Below are positions 28,925 to 38,038 of a stretch of 64,000 nucleotides of DNA, in pieces; the first letter of the stretch is position 1; each line of letters begins with the position of its first letter. The stretch comes from Clostridia bacterium (lineage in GTDB: Bacteria > Bacillota > Clostridia > Christensenellales > Borkfalkiaceae), in assembly GCA_017408045.1 (NCBI GenBank), contig JAFQVL010000063.1, positions 5,568 to 69,567 on the forward strand, read 5' to 3'. The position numbers and the translations under genes are program-made. Under the pieces are notes generated by a model, which was given only the letters and a program-made list of their open reading frames with translations, had not been told where the DNA came from and did not search any database.

Positions 28925-30619
28925 ATGCCTTTAGACGCATTCCATTTAAAAAGGCTCGCCGTAGAGCTGAGAGAGGCGCTTGTCCACGGGAAGATTAACA
29001 AGATTACACAATCTTCCAAGGACGAGCTTACCCTCTATATATACACAAAAGGCAAAGTGGTTAAACTGCTTTTTTCCACAAATGCGACGTTTGCACGCGT
29101 TTGTTTGACAAAAACGGAAAAAGAGCCCCTGCCCGTCGCGCCGAATTTTTGTATGCTCTTACGAAAACACCTGCTCGGCGGCGAGATTTTGTCCGTCCGT
29201 CAGTACGGCTTTGAGCGTATTTTAGAAATCACCGTTCATTGTACCGGGGATTTTTCCTCTTGCGATAGAGTGTTGCACGCCGAGATTATGGGGAAGTATT
29301 CCAACCTCACCCTCACCGAAAACGGTGTGATTTTAGGGGCGTTAAAGCCGTCCAGTCTGGACACTTTGAACGGCAGACCGCTGTTCCCGGGGGCGCAGTT
29401 CGTTTACCCCCATCCGCAGGACAAAGCGTCCCCTTACGATACCGCCGCCGTGCGTGAACGGTACGCAGCATTCTGCGCGAACCGAGAAAGCGTTTCCGAC
29501 GAGGAAACGGCGGGCTTTATCTTTGATAACGTAGCGGGATTCGCTCTTTCGACGGCAAGAGAAGTATTGAAACAACCTGCTCCTCGCCTGTTGCTTCCCG
29601 AGCGTTTGGCTTGGGCTTGCGACAGCCTTGCGTCTGCCCCCTGCGTCGTGCAAAAAGCAGGGGAAACCACCGACTTTTTTGCTTTTCCCGTCGAGGGCGG
29701 CGTGCCTTGCGACAGCTTAATGGAGGCGGCGGATTGCTATTATTCGGGCAAGGAGAGCCGTCGCGGCTTTGCCGATAAAAAACGCAAGTTGGAGAGCGCA
29801 ATTCGCGCGCTCATCAAAAAGATAGCGAAGAAAAAGCAGGACACCTTAGAACGGCTTGCCGAGGCAGAAAAAGCGGAAACCTACCGCGTCAAAGGGGAGC
29901 TGCTGACCGCCAACCTCTACCGCCTTGAAAAAGGGGCGAAGGAAGTCGTATTAGAAAACTGGTACGAGGAGGGGTGTCCGACGGTAAAAATTTCGTTAGA
30001 CCCAACCCTGCCCCCCACAAAAAACGCGCAAAAGTACTTTAAGACCTACAATAAATTAAAGCGCGCGCAGGAAATTTTAACCCCGATTTTACGCCAAGAG
30101 GAAACGGAAGAGGGGTACGCGCACAGCGTGCTTTCGTCCGTGCTTTTGGCGGAAACAGACCTCGACTTAAAGGAAATTGAGGCGGAGTTGATTGCCCTGG
30201 GGCTGTTAAAAGCACCCAAGGAACGGGCAGGCGTAAAGAAGAAAGAGCTTATCACCCCCTATCGGGAATTTTCTTACGGCGGATTTACCATACTTTCGGG
30301 GCGGAACAACCTGCAAAACGACAGACTGGTACGCACGGCAGACGGCAAGGATATTTGGTTGCATACGCAAAAATACCATTCCTCGCACGTGTTGATTTTG
30401 GCAGGCGGTAAAAAAGTCCCCGACGAGGTCATCAAAGTAGCCGCCGAGATATGCGCGTATTATTCGGACGGGCGCGCGGGGGATAAAATTCCCGTAGACT
30501 ACTGCGAAAAGCGGTTTGTTAAAAAGCCGTCGAAGTCAAAGGCAGGGTTTGTCGTCTACACCGACTATAAAACCGCCCTCGCCACCCCCAACCCCCATAG
30601 CGAATATTTGAAAGAATAA
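28925..30619 (+). CDS. rqcH: NFACT-family ribosome quality control protein RqcH (FbpA-like)
   Basis: NFACT-N N-terminus (PLDAFHLKRLAVEL...), a coiled-coil middle and an NFACT-R/DUF814 C-terminus (GRNNLQND.L....DIWLH..K..SSHV). Confidence 0.8.
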   Translation: MPLDAFHLKRLAVELREALVHGKINKITQSSKDELTLYIYTKGKVVKLLFSTNATFARVCLTKTEKEPLPVAPNFCMLLRKHLLGGEILSVRQYGFERILEITVHCTGDFSSCDRVLHAEIMGKYSNLTLTENGVILGALKPSSLDTLNGRPLFPGAQFVYPHPQDKASPYDTAAVRERYAAFCANRESVSDEETAGFIFDNVAGFALSTAREVLKQPAPRLLLPERLAWACDSLASAPCVVQKAGETTDFFAFPVEGGVPCDSLMEAADCYYSGKESRRGFADKKRKLESAIRALIKKIAKKKQDTLERLAEAEKAETYRVKGELLTANLYRLEKGAKEVVLENWYEEGCPTVKISLDPTLPPTKNAQKYFKTYNKLKRAQEILTPILRQEETEEGYAHSVLSSVLLAETDLDLKEIEAELIALGLLKAPKERAGVKKKELITPYREFSYGGFTILSGRNNLQNDRLVRTADGKDIWLHTQKYHSSHVLILAGGKKVPDEVIKVAAEICAYYSDGRAGDKIPVDYCEKRFVKKPSKSKAGFVVYTDYKTALATPNPHSEYLKE

Positions 30620-30633
30620 GTTTTTATAAAAAA

Positions 30634-30921
30634 TTATTTATCGAAGTAACCAGCTATATCCATACCCAACAAGATACCTGCACGGAAACCTTCCGCATAA
30701 TAAACGGCAACTTCCTCACTCATCATTCCGCCTAAGCAATCCATAGCCTTTTTATACAGAGCATAAACAGTATCATCCCTTTTTAGAAGTTTTTGGATTT
30801 CTTCATCTGTTTTTACGAGTTCGTCTAAAAATGCTTCATGTTCTTTTGTGTTTACAGCAACACAATCAGGGCTTATTAGTTCCCCATAATACATTCTCAA
30901 AATAGGTGTTTTTAATTTCAT
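30634..30921 (-). CDS. hypothetical small protein (95 aa), divergent from the XRE regulator
   Basis: Internal ATG at 30921 (MKLKTPILRMYYGEL...). The upstream part of the track ORF overlaps the promoter region. AT-rich. No confident family assignment. Confidence 0.45.
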   Translation of the reverse strand: MKLKTPILRMYYGELISPDCVAVNTKEHEAFLDELVKTDEEIQKLLKRDDTVYALYKKAMDCLGGMMSEEVAVYYAEGFRAGILLGMDIAGYFDK

Positions 30922-31010
30922 AACAATCTCCCAAATAAAATAGATAATGGAAGTATACCACAGAAATATCTGTAAGTCAAGACTTTCCACAGAAATTTTT
31001 GTATAATAAC

Positions 31011-31026
31011 AAAAAAAGGGGGGGGG
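31011..31026 (+). repeat. A7G9 homopolymer pair overlapping the RBS of the XRE gene
   Basis: aaaaaaa (31011-31017) followed by ggggggggg (31018-31026), read directly. The ATG is at 31033. Confidence 0.95.
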
Positions 31027-31032
31027 AACAGT

Positions 31033-31242
31033 ATGAAATACGGAGAATATTTTAAAGCGCAAAGAGAATTGGCTGGTTTGTCTCAAAGTGAGTTATCGAA
31101 AAGAACGGGTTTATCCCAACAAATGATTAGCCATTGGGAGAACAATAAAGGCGAGCCGGGGATTGAAAAACTGGTCGTGTTGGCGGATTTCTACGGAATT
31201 TCTCTCGATGAGTTAATAGGCAGGACGATAAAAATAGATTAA
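31033..31242 (+). CDS. XRE-family helix-turn-helix transcriptional regulator (69 aa)
   Basis: LSQSELSKRTGLSQQMISHWENNKGEP...LADFYGISLDELIG is a canonical HTH_3/Cro-C1 fold signature. Confidence 0.85.
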   Translation: MKYGEYFKAQRELAGLSQSELSKRTGLSQQMISHWENNKGEPGIEKLVVLADFYGISLDELIGRTIKID

Positions 31243-31274
31243 AGATTAGCACTTGGAAGAATTTGATAAGAAAC

Positions 31275-31311
31275 AAAAAACCGACGAGGTGTCTCGTCGG
31301 TTTTGTTTTTT
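31275..31311. terminator. bidirectional terminator (XRE gene / rpmA)
   Basis: 8-bp stem CCGACGAG/CTCGTCGG with loop GTGT, flanked by A6 and T-rich runs. Confidence 0.75.
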
Positions 31312-31323
31312 AATTGCTAAAAA

Positions 31324-31614
31324 TTATTCAGCCACTTTTTCGGTTGCGGGGTAAACGCAAGCCTGTTTCTTATCTCTGCCCAATCTTTCGTATCTAACGG
31401 TGCCGTCCACCAAAGCGAACAGCGTGTCGTCTTTACCGATACCTACGCCCGTGCCGGGATGAATCTTCGTGCCTCTCTGGCGAACGAGAATGTTCCCTGC
31501 GAGAACGAACTGACCGTCAGCGCGCTTTACGCCAAGGCGTTTTGCTTCGCTGTCGCGTCCGTTGTGGGACGAACCGGTACCTTTCTTATGAGCGAATAAA
31601 CGGATAAAAATCAT
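31324..31614 (-). CDS. rpmA: 50S ribosomal protein L27 with N-terminal pro-peptide
   Basis: [30 protein letters not shown].... The ATG at 31614 has a GGAG RBS and there is no alternative start next to AHKKG. Confidence 0.92.
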   Translation of the reverse strand: MIFIRLFAHKKGTGSSHNGRDSEAKRLGVKRADGQFVLAGNILVRQRGTKIHPGTGVGIGKDDTLFALVDGTVRYERLGRDKKQACVYPATEKVAE

Positions 31615-31692
31615 ATTTACTTCTCCTTTTCATTCTTTTTTCTCATGCCCTGCGTTTTGCGAGGGCGGTGTGCAGCAAAATCTCTAAAACAA

Positions 31693-31998
31693 TTAGAGTT
31701 CGATCTTTTCGATCTTTACTGCGGTGAAGGGCTGTCTATGACCCTGCTTTTTACGTTCGTTCTTCTTTGCTTTGTACTTAAAGACGATGATCTTCTTTGC
31801 CTTAGCGTGTTCAACGACCGTAGCGGTCACTTTTGCGGATTCTACTTCCGCGCCCGTTTTGATACCGGACTCATCAGCAACCATCAGCACTTTAAAGGAA
31901 ACGGTTTCCCCTTCTGCAGCCGCGAGCTTTTCCAAACGGATTACGTCGCCCTCTGCAACCTTGTACTGCTTATTGCCGTTATCGATGATAGCGTACAT
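31693..31998 (-). CDS. rplU: 50S ribosomal protein L21
   Basis: The internal ATG at 31998 gives [25 protein letters not shown]..., a canonical L21. Confidence 0.92.
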   Translation of the reverse strand: MYAIIDNGNKQYKVAEGDVIRLEKLAAAEGETVSFKVLMVADESGIKTGAEVESAKVTATVVEHAKAKKIIVFKYKAKKNERKKQGHRQPFTAVKIEKIEL

Positions 31999-32092
31999 AC
32001 AGATTTTACCTCCTCTTTCCAGTCTCGAAGTCCCCCAAGGCGGATGCAAAATTGCATCGCTTAAAAAGCCCGTGTCTATCGGCTCGACTAAT

Positions 32093-32122
32093 ACTATACC
32101 ACACTCCCGATTTTCCCGTCAA
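32093..32122 (-). promoter_or_regulatory. sigma-A type promoter of rplU-rpmA, followed by an about 90-nt hairpin-rich leader
   Basis: On the minus strand, TTGACG (32117-32122), an 18-bp spacer with TG, then TATAGT (32093-32098). The leader contains the perfect hairpin GATGCAA-TTT-TGCATC. It could be an L21-leader type element, but I did not verify this. Confidence 0.45.
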
Positions 32123-32206
32123 GCGTTTTTCTTTCTTTTTTATAAAAAAATTTGCATATTTTCTACGAAAAACAGGGATACTAAATCAAAACGGAGGTAT
32201 AAAGCT

Positions 32207-32656
32207 ATGGAAAACGAATGTAAACGCAAAAAGAGCGAAGAAGCTTTGGCGGAAATCTACCGCAACACCAACCTTGCTATGCAGTCTATCGAAGATATTT
32301 TGCCTGAAGTGGACCACGATGGAATGACCAAGGAACTTCGCGCGCAGCACGAAGGCTACTCGCAAATCGGCTCGAAAGCGGCGAAAATCGCAAAGGACAA
32401 AGGGATTGCATTGAAAGAGCCGGGGGTGTTCAAAAAAGCGATGATGTGGAGCTCGATTAAGATGAGCGCGATGATAGACGGCAGCAAAAACCATATCGCG
32501 GAAATGATGATACGGGGCACGGTGATGGGGATTACCGCCCTTCGAACCACGCAGACGGACTTGCCCATCAATCCCGATCCCGAGGTGGAAAAACTCCTTT
32601 CGGAGCTCATTGACTTGGAAGAAAACTACGAAAAAAGGTTGAAAGAATTTCTATAA
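32207..32656 (+). CDS. hypothetical helical protein (149 aa)
   Basis: ATG at 32207 with a GGAGG RBS. The longer track ORF (from 31772) is antisense to rplU and was rejected. Helix-rich, no family recognised. Confidence 0.5.
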   Translation: MENECKRKKSEEALAEIYRNTNLAMQSIEDILPEVDHDGMTKELRAQHEGYSQIGSKAAKIAKDKGIALKEPGVFKKAMMWSSIKMSAMIDGSKNHIAEMMIRGTVMGITALRTTQTDLPINPDPEVEKLLSELIDLEENYEKRLKEFL

Positions 32657-32705
32657 AAAAAGCAGAGCAAAGCTCTGCTTTTTCATTTGCAAATATAAGT
32701 AAAAA

Positions 32706-34217
32706 TTATTCCACCAAAATTGCCTTTTCAGACAGCGTGGGGAAGCGGTCGTTTTCTCCGCGGACGAAGAAAGTATGCTCCTTATACGTCTTGTGCGGAA
32801 CAAGGTAAATGCGCTTGCTTTTCCACCTACCCGCCAACTCCTTAGAAAAGACTTTATCCTGCAAAATTTTCTTTGCCATTCCCTCGTTTAAATCGACGAC
32901 GGCGGATTGATACCCCTCAAAGAAACAATCCAGCAAATCCTCGCGAAGGTTGGTCAACATAAACAAGTCGTTGTGCACCGAGCCGTTGCCGTGGCAATGG
33001 GGGCAGGGTTTAATCAGCGAGGTAGCAAGATCCTTTCCCACCCGTTTACGGGTGAATTGCGTAATGCAGAGTTCGCTCATCGGCAACACGTTGCATTTTG
33101 CTTTGTCTTGGGAGAGGTATTCGCGCAGAGTTTCGGTAATCTGCTGCTTGTGTTCTTCGTTTAGCATATCAATAAAGTCCACTACGACGATGCCGCCGAT
33201 GTTGCGCAGGCGCACCTGACGGGCGATTTCCTTCGCTGCCCGAAGGTTGACCTCAAACACCGTTTCTTCCAAACTGCTGCTCCCGACAAAACTACCAGAA
33301 TTGACGTCTATGACCGTCATCGCCTCGGTATGGTCGATAATGATCGACCCGCCCCCTTCCAAGGGTACGCGAGGTTTGGTGGCGTCGTATACGAGTTGCG
33401 AAATCCCGTACTCACGGAACATCGAACGCTCCCCAGAATATAAGCAAAGCTTATATTTATCCACCTCACCGAAGGTTTCGATGAACTGAGCAAGTTTATG
33501 ATACAATTCCTTGTCCCCCACGTGCATCGCCGTGATTTCGTCGCCGAAACTGTCGCGCATGACGCGGACGGGCAAGTCTTCTTCTTGATAGAGCAGCGCG
33601 CCCACGGGTGCGGTTGCCGCTTTTTGGGAGGTAAGGGCGAACAGTTTTCTAAGATAGTTTGCCTCTCGCTCCAATGCCTCTTGGGTTGCCGAAGGGGCTT
33701 TCGTACGCAGGATAAAGCCTGCGTTTTCGTTCTTTTGTCGCAAGGATTCCGCTACCGCCATCAACCGTTCCCGTTGCGCCTCGTCGGTGATTTTCCTTGA
33801 AACCCCAAAAAAGAGGGTTTTAGGCAGGTAAATCAGGTGCTTTCCTACAAAGGAAAGGTGCGAGGTGAGTTTCGCGCCCTTATTGCCGCGAGGGGATTTG
33901 GTGACCTGCACGATAATTTCGTCCCCTTCTTTTAATTCGGATAAGGGCGTGGCGGCGGGTGCGTCTAAAATCCCGTCGTATTTGGTGCAATCCGCGTACG
34001 TGTCGTCGGTGGAGAGGTAGCAATTCCTGCCCAAGCCACAGTCCACGAAAGCAGCGTTCATGCCTGAAAGGACGTTCATGACCCTGCCTTTATAGATATT
34101 GCCGACGATGCTGCCGTTCTCCTCGTTTTCGCTCTCGAATTCCACGACCTTGCCGTCCTCTAAAAGGGCGACGAACTGCCCACCGCAGTATCTGTCGAAA
34201 AACCATTCTTTTTTCAT
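32706..34217 (-). CDS. rng: Rne/Rng family ribonuclease (RNase G-like)
   Basis: S1 domain GNIYKGRVMNVLSGMNAAFVDCG, the catalytic region ...IIDHTEAMTVIDVNSG..., and a Zn-link-like CPHCHGNG. Confidence 0.85.
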   Translation of the reverse strand: MKKEWFFDRYCGGQFVALLEDGKVVEFESENEENGSIVGNIYKGRVMNVLSGMNAAFVDCGLGRNCYLSTDDTYADCTKYDGILDAPAATPLSELKEGDEIIVQVTKSPRGNKGAKLTSHLSFVGKHLIYLPKTLFFGVSRKITDEAQRERLMAVAESLRQKNENAGFILRTKAPSATQEALEREANYLRKLFALTSQKAATAPVGALLYQEEDLPVRVMRDSFGDEITAMHVGDKELYHKLAQFIETFGEVDKYKLCLYSGERSMFREYGISQLVYDATKPRVPLEGGGSIIIDHTEAMTVIDVNSGSFVGSSSLEETVFEVNLRAAKEIARQVRLRNIGGIVVVDFIDMLNEEHKQQITETLREYLSQDKAKCNVLPMSELCITQFTRKRVGKDLATSLIKPCPHCHGNGSVHNDLFMLTNLREDLLDCFFEGYQSAVVDLNEGMAKKILQDKVFSKELAGRWKSKRIYLVPHKTYKEHTFFVRGENDRFPTLSEKAILVE

Positions 34218-34400
34218 AAAAACTCAACACTCCATAGCATTTTTTGAGTATGCAGGGGCGTAAAAGTTCTGCGTCCAAGCACGATGAATAACGGTGTGCC
34301 GCTGCCTTAAGACGGGCGACAGACCTTAGATAGTATACCATATATTTCCAGCCGTTTCAAGGGGTTTTTATGAAAAATCTACCGTGTTTTTTCATAAAAA

Positions 34401-35321
34401 TTAAGAAAAATACCAAGCAAGTGTGGCGTATAGGTGGTTTTTTTGAAAAAAGTCAGATAGCTGTGTTTGCGTCATGCTGCCTAAAAACCCCTCGGTTTCG
34501 TCGTATACGTCCAAGACGAGATAACTGTCCGCGCAAAGAAAGGTGAGCGCTTTTTTAACAGTACAGTTTGGAGAAACAGCGACGTGTTTGATGGGTGTGC
34601 CCCGTTCGAAGGCTCTGCGGTCGGAAAAATCCAACTTCACGTAGTGAGGCTCTCCCTTGTCGAAAAGCGAAAGCAATAGGAACAGCGTAAACACCGCCAA
34701 AGACAGGTTGAAAGCCCCGTGGACGGCGGAAAGCACGCAGAGGACAGCGCCTACAATGCAGAAGACGGCGGTGCTGATTTTGCAGACGAGATTTGCCCGT
34801 TTTTTTGCTTTTGCAGGGGGCAGGTATGCGTGGAGCAGGGAATATGTGCCGCAATACAGCACTTTGCCGCCGTCCAAGGGCGGCGCGGGGATTAGGTTGC
34901 AAAGCCCTAAGGACAGCGAGGTGTAAAAGGCGGTCTCCGTATACGGATAAGTAGAGGGGAAACACCACCATAACGCCAAAAAGAGGGCGGCGGTGCAGAG
35001 ATTGCAAAGAGGGCCAGCTAAGGCGATGCAGAGTTCGTCTTTTGCGGACGCATCCTCGATATCCATACGAATCGTCGCGCCGTAAGGCATCAACGTCAAT
35101 TGCGTTGCGGCGTACCCCAATTTTGCCGCTTGCGCGGCGTGCGCAAATTCGTGTAGAACGGCGCAAACAACGGAGCAGAAGAAAACGGGGAATTCCCCCA
35201 CCAGCGTATTCCAAAGTCCGAGCAGTAAAAACAGCGGATGAATACGCAATCGTCCGTAAAACAAGGAAAAGCGGCGTCTGCCGCTTTTCGTCTTCTTATT
35301 CCGCCCAGACAAGTTCGCCAT
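34401..35321 (-). CDS. spoIVFB: site-2 (M50) intramembrane metalloprotease, SpoIVFB-like
   Basis: HEFAH zinc motif inside a TM helix, NLIPAPPLDGG motif and a C-terminal CBS-like domain. Lies downstream of a SpoIVFA-like gene. Confidence 0.75.
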   Translation of the reverse strand: MANLSGRNKKTKSGRRRFSLFYGRLRIHPLFLLLGLWNTLVGEFPVFFCSVVCAVLHEFAHAAQAAKLGYAATQLTLMPYGATIRMDIEDASAKDELCIALAGPLCNLCTAALFLALWWCFPSTYPYTETAFYTSLSLGLCNLIPAPPLDGGKVLYCGTYSLLHAYLPPAKAKKRANLVCKISTAVFCIVGAVLCVLSAVHGAFNLSLAVFTLFLLLSLFDKGEPHYVKLDFSDRRAFERGTPIKHVAVSPNCTVKKALTFLCADSYLVLDVYDETEGFLGSMTQTQLSDFFQKNHLYATLAWYFS

Positions 35322-36378
35322 CTTCCGTCAGGGTAAAGCAGTTGAGCAGCGCCCCTGCTTCGTACATGGAAACCTGTACTTCGGCATTCCCGTCGCTGTA
35401 CCCCACGGGAACGTTGCTCTTTACGAGGCTGCCCGCCGAGCAAGCGGCGTAGGACAAGCCGCTGATGATTTCCGAAAAAGTGTCGGAGTGGGAGATTTTC
35501 ACCGTCCAAGTTCCGTCGCTGTTTTGCACCACCGTTTCCACCTTTCCGTCCACGGCAGGATATACGCAGCCTACTTCACGGAAGGACAAAATGCCCGACG
35601 GGGAAAGGGTCAGCGCGGCGTCTTCCTCGGAAAGAATGGAGGAAAGCTTGAAATCTGCATAGGTGCGGCTGTCCGTCTGCGTGGTGTCGCTAAGCGAACG
35701 GAAAAAGGTGTTGATTGCGCTGTTTGGCATAAACACGTTGGTCAAAAAAATGCCAAGGCAGAGGGCAAAACAAGCCGCAAATTCCATGCCGACAATCAGG
35801 GCGTTTCGTTTTGAGCGTCGCTGTTGCTCGTTGTTTTCCTCGTTTTCATATAAGCCATAGTTATAGATAGGTAAACTTTCTTCCGAGGGGACGTCTGCGC
35901 TATCGGCTTTTGAAAAGTCCTCTTGCGCCGGTGTAAAAGCGGGAAGAGTGTCGATTTCCTCGAATTCCCACGCGCTTTCCTTTTTTCCAAACAACCGCGC
36001 AAAGAAGGGGCGTTTTCTTCTTCTGGGAATTGCCACGGGGATACTCTCCTCTATAATCGGTGCAGGAACAGCCTCTTCCATGGGGGTTGTCTGCAGGTTG
36101 ATTTCGGGCGTTTCGATTGCAACGGGGGGTTCTGCGGTTGCAGCCGTATCTGCCATAGAAGGTGTTTCCGCGGCAGGCTCTTCGACGGGCGCGGATTTTT
36201 TCGCCGTAGGTTTTCTTCCGCGCTTCGTTTTCGTCGTCTTGTTTTCGTCGTTCACCTTGCTGATCACTTCTTCTTTTAAATCCTGCGCCTTCTTTGGCTT
36301 GCGTCCCCTTTTCTTCTTTACGTCTATCGTAGATACCGGGATTTCCAGCATTTCAGCGTATTCCATTTCTTCGTCCAT
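35296..36378 (-). CDS. spoIVFA: SpoIVFA-like protein (membrane-anchored, degenerate M23/LytM C-terminal domain)
   Basis: Charged N-terminus and a single TM (IVGMEFAACFALCLGIFLTNVF). C-terminus VYPAVDGKVETVV...WTVKISHSDTFSEIISGL is LytM-like without an obvious HxH. Overlaps the spoIVFB start. Confidence 0.6.
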   Translation of the reverse strand: MDEEMEYAEMLEIPVSTIDVKKKRGRKPKKAQDLKEEVISKVNDENKTTKTKRGRKPTAKKSAPVEEPAAETPSMADTAATAEPPVAIETPEINLQTTPMEEAVPAPIIEESIPVAIPRRRKRPFFARLFGKKESAWEFEEIDTLPAFTPAQEDFSKADSADVPSEESLPIYNYGLYENEENNEQQRRSKRNALIVGMEFAACFALCLGIFLTNVFMPNSAINTFFRSLSDTTQTDSRTYADFKLSSILSEEDAALTLSPSGILSFREVGCVYPAVDGKVETVVQNSDGTWTVKISHSDTFSEIISGLSYAACSAGSLVKSNVPVGYSDGNAEVQVSMYEAGALLNCFTLTEDGELVWAE

Positions 36379-36603
36379 ATACTTTATACTCCTTTCGTTT
36401 TCATTTGTATTCTAATATATGCGGCTTGTCTTAAAAAGAGAACAGAAAAACAAAAAACCGACCCACGACTTTTGTCGAAGATCGGTATTGTTTATCGAAT
36501 TGTATACAAAGAGTATCTTATAACCGCAACTTATATTATTAAAGAGATTGAAAAGTACACAAATACCTGCCCTGCCCGTATAGAGGATATATATAAAAGC
36601 CTC

Positions 36604-37209
36604 TTATATTTCAGGCAATGCGGTAAAGCGGAGAATTTCGACCTCGTAAGCGGTTTTCGTGGTTGCGCCGTCGTCGCCTAAATCCATATACTGATAGGAA
36701 TGTAATTGTCCTAATATAGAAACGGCGTCCCCAAGCTGTAATCGCTTGGCGATAACGGCATTCTCTTCGTTTGCCATGACGGGAACGTACACAAGCGGGT
36801 TGTCCGCGCTGTCTACCGTGAGTTGAAACTCTGCCCGTTCCCCTTCGCCGATTGCGTAGGAATAAGGTTTTCTAAAGACGTTGCCTGTCAGAAACACACC
36901 GCTGGTGATTTCCGTTTCCCCTGCGTAAACTTCTTCCGCGCGCACTTTCAAAAGAAGGGTACGATCCTCTCCGTCCACAACTTCTTCCGAGAAGATTTTG
37001 CCCGTCAAGGAGAGAGTTGCTCCCTTTTGTACGGTATCGTCCATCTGCTCCTTTGCGATCAAAACGGGCAGAATATCCACCCCCGTCGGCAGGGTGATTT
37101 TCATCAAAAATTCGAAATATTCCTTTCCCGCGCCGTTGCAGACGGGCGTACCGTCCGTCGTCAATTCGCCGCAAAGTAAAATTAAATTTTCCGGTGCAAT
37201 CTTCTGCAT
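36604..37209 (-). CDS. tandem OB-fold SSB-like protein, divergent paralogue (201 aa)
   Basis: Two halves each with an OB/SSB-like pattern (LILLCGEL...DILPVLIAKE...TLSLTGKI and VFLTGNV...VPVMANEENA...LGDAVSILGQLHSY.Y...TAYEVEI). Has its own TGGTATAAT promoter. Confidence 0.5.
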   Translation of the reverse strand: MQKIAPENLILLCGELTTDGTPVCNGAGKEYFEFLMKITLPTGVDILPVLIAKEQMDDTVQKGATLSLTGKIFSEEVVDGEDRTLLLKVRAEEVYAGETEITSGVFLTGNVFRKPYSYAIGEGERAEFQLTVDSADNPLVYVPVMANEENAVIAKRLQLGDAVSILGQLHSYQYMDLGDDGATTKTAYEVEILRFTALPEI

Positions 37210-37273
37210 AGCCCTTTCTCCTATCCCGCTATCGTTTATGAGTATTATACCATACTATCGCGAAAAAAGCAAA

Positions 37274-37298
37274 GAAAAAAGACGGCAAAAACGCCGTC
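37274..37298 (-). terminator. intrinsic terminator between the two OB-fold genes
   Basis: Stem GACGGC/GCCGTC with a T-run on the minus strand (A7 at 37274-37280). Confidence 0.7.
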
Positions 37299-37313
37299 TA
37301 ATATAAGTTATTA

Positions 37314-38012
37314 TTATACCACAGTATCAAGAACTGTATCAACCTCGGGAACAGAGTACAAGGCGAACTCCGTTTCGAGGTCAAAGTCCTCTTTGTCGTC
37401 AAACGCCGCCAACTTAGAGACGGACACCTCGTAGGCGGTCATCGTTTTCACGTCCGTATCCGACAGTTTTTTCTGGTATTCGCGGCTCTGAATTCTTCCA
37501 GCCACCGCAATCCGATCCCCCACGGAGAGGGATTTGACAAAGCGCGCGTTTCTACCCCAAGCGATGCAGGGGATATAATCGGATTTGTTATAGGCGCGGT
37601 TGACCGCCACCAAAACGTCGGCGATTTCGCGGTTGAAAGGGGTCGTTCGGTAAATGGGCGGCTTGCAGATATACCCTGAAAGCAGGATATTATTCGGGTT
37701 TTTGTCGGGGTCTTCGTTGATAAGTTCCCGTAAAAACACAGTCAGCATCAAGCGCGATTTTCCGTTTTCCAACTTATTATAGCTTCTAAATTGCCCGACG
37801 GCGGCAATCCGCTTGCCTTTTTGCAATTCTCCGCCGGCAATCAAGCGTTCGGAAACGGTAACGGGCAAAATATCTGCCTGCCCCGAAAGCCGCAAGACCT
37901 TGACGAAAAATTCGTAAAAGCCCTCGCCGTACACCTCGTGGGAGAAGCTTGCGTCGCTGACGATTTCCCCCGTCAAATACACTCGGTTGTTCTTTTCGCA
38001 GTTGTAATTCAT
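37314..38012 (-). CDS. tandem OB-fold SSB-like protein (232 aa) with acidic C-terminus
   Basis: N-half VYLTGEIVSDASFSHEVYGEGFYEFFVKVLRLSGQADILPVTVSE. C-half ILLSGYI...IPCIAWGRNARFV..LSVGDRIAVAGRIQSREYQKK....TMTAYEVSV is classic SSB OB-fold wording. Tail DDKEDFDLETEF. Confidence 0.55.
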   Translation of the reverse strand: MNYNCEKNNRVYLTGEIVSDASFSHEVYGEGFYEFFVKVLRLSGQADILPVTVSERLIAGGELQKGKRIAAVGQFRSYNKLENGKSRLMLTVFLRELINEDPDKNPNNILLSGYICKPPIYRTTPFNREIADVLVAVNRAYNKSDYIPCIAWGRNARFVKSLSVGDRIAVAGRIQSREYQKKLSDTDVKTMTAYEVSVSKLAAFDDKEDFDLETEFALYSVPEVDTVLDTVV

Positions 38013-38038
38013 AAAAGTACCTCTCTAATTTTTTTCCG

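Noticed and set aside
31772-32206. N-terminal 145 codons of the 294-aa track ORF 31772-32656
   Set aside because: This part is antisense to rplU and its promoter. A GGAGG-preceded ATG at 32207 gives a compact 149-aa protein, so only that part was annotated.
34555-35214. 219-aa alternative-frame ORF on the same strand within spoIVFB
   Set aside because: It gives an Arg/Pro-rich nonsense-like translation. The overlapping frame carries the HEFAH and LDG motifs of an M50 protease.
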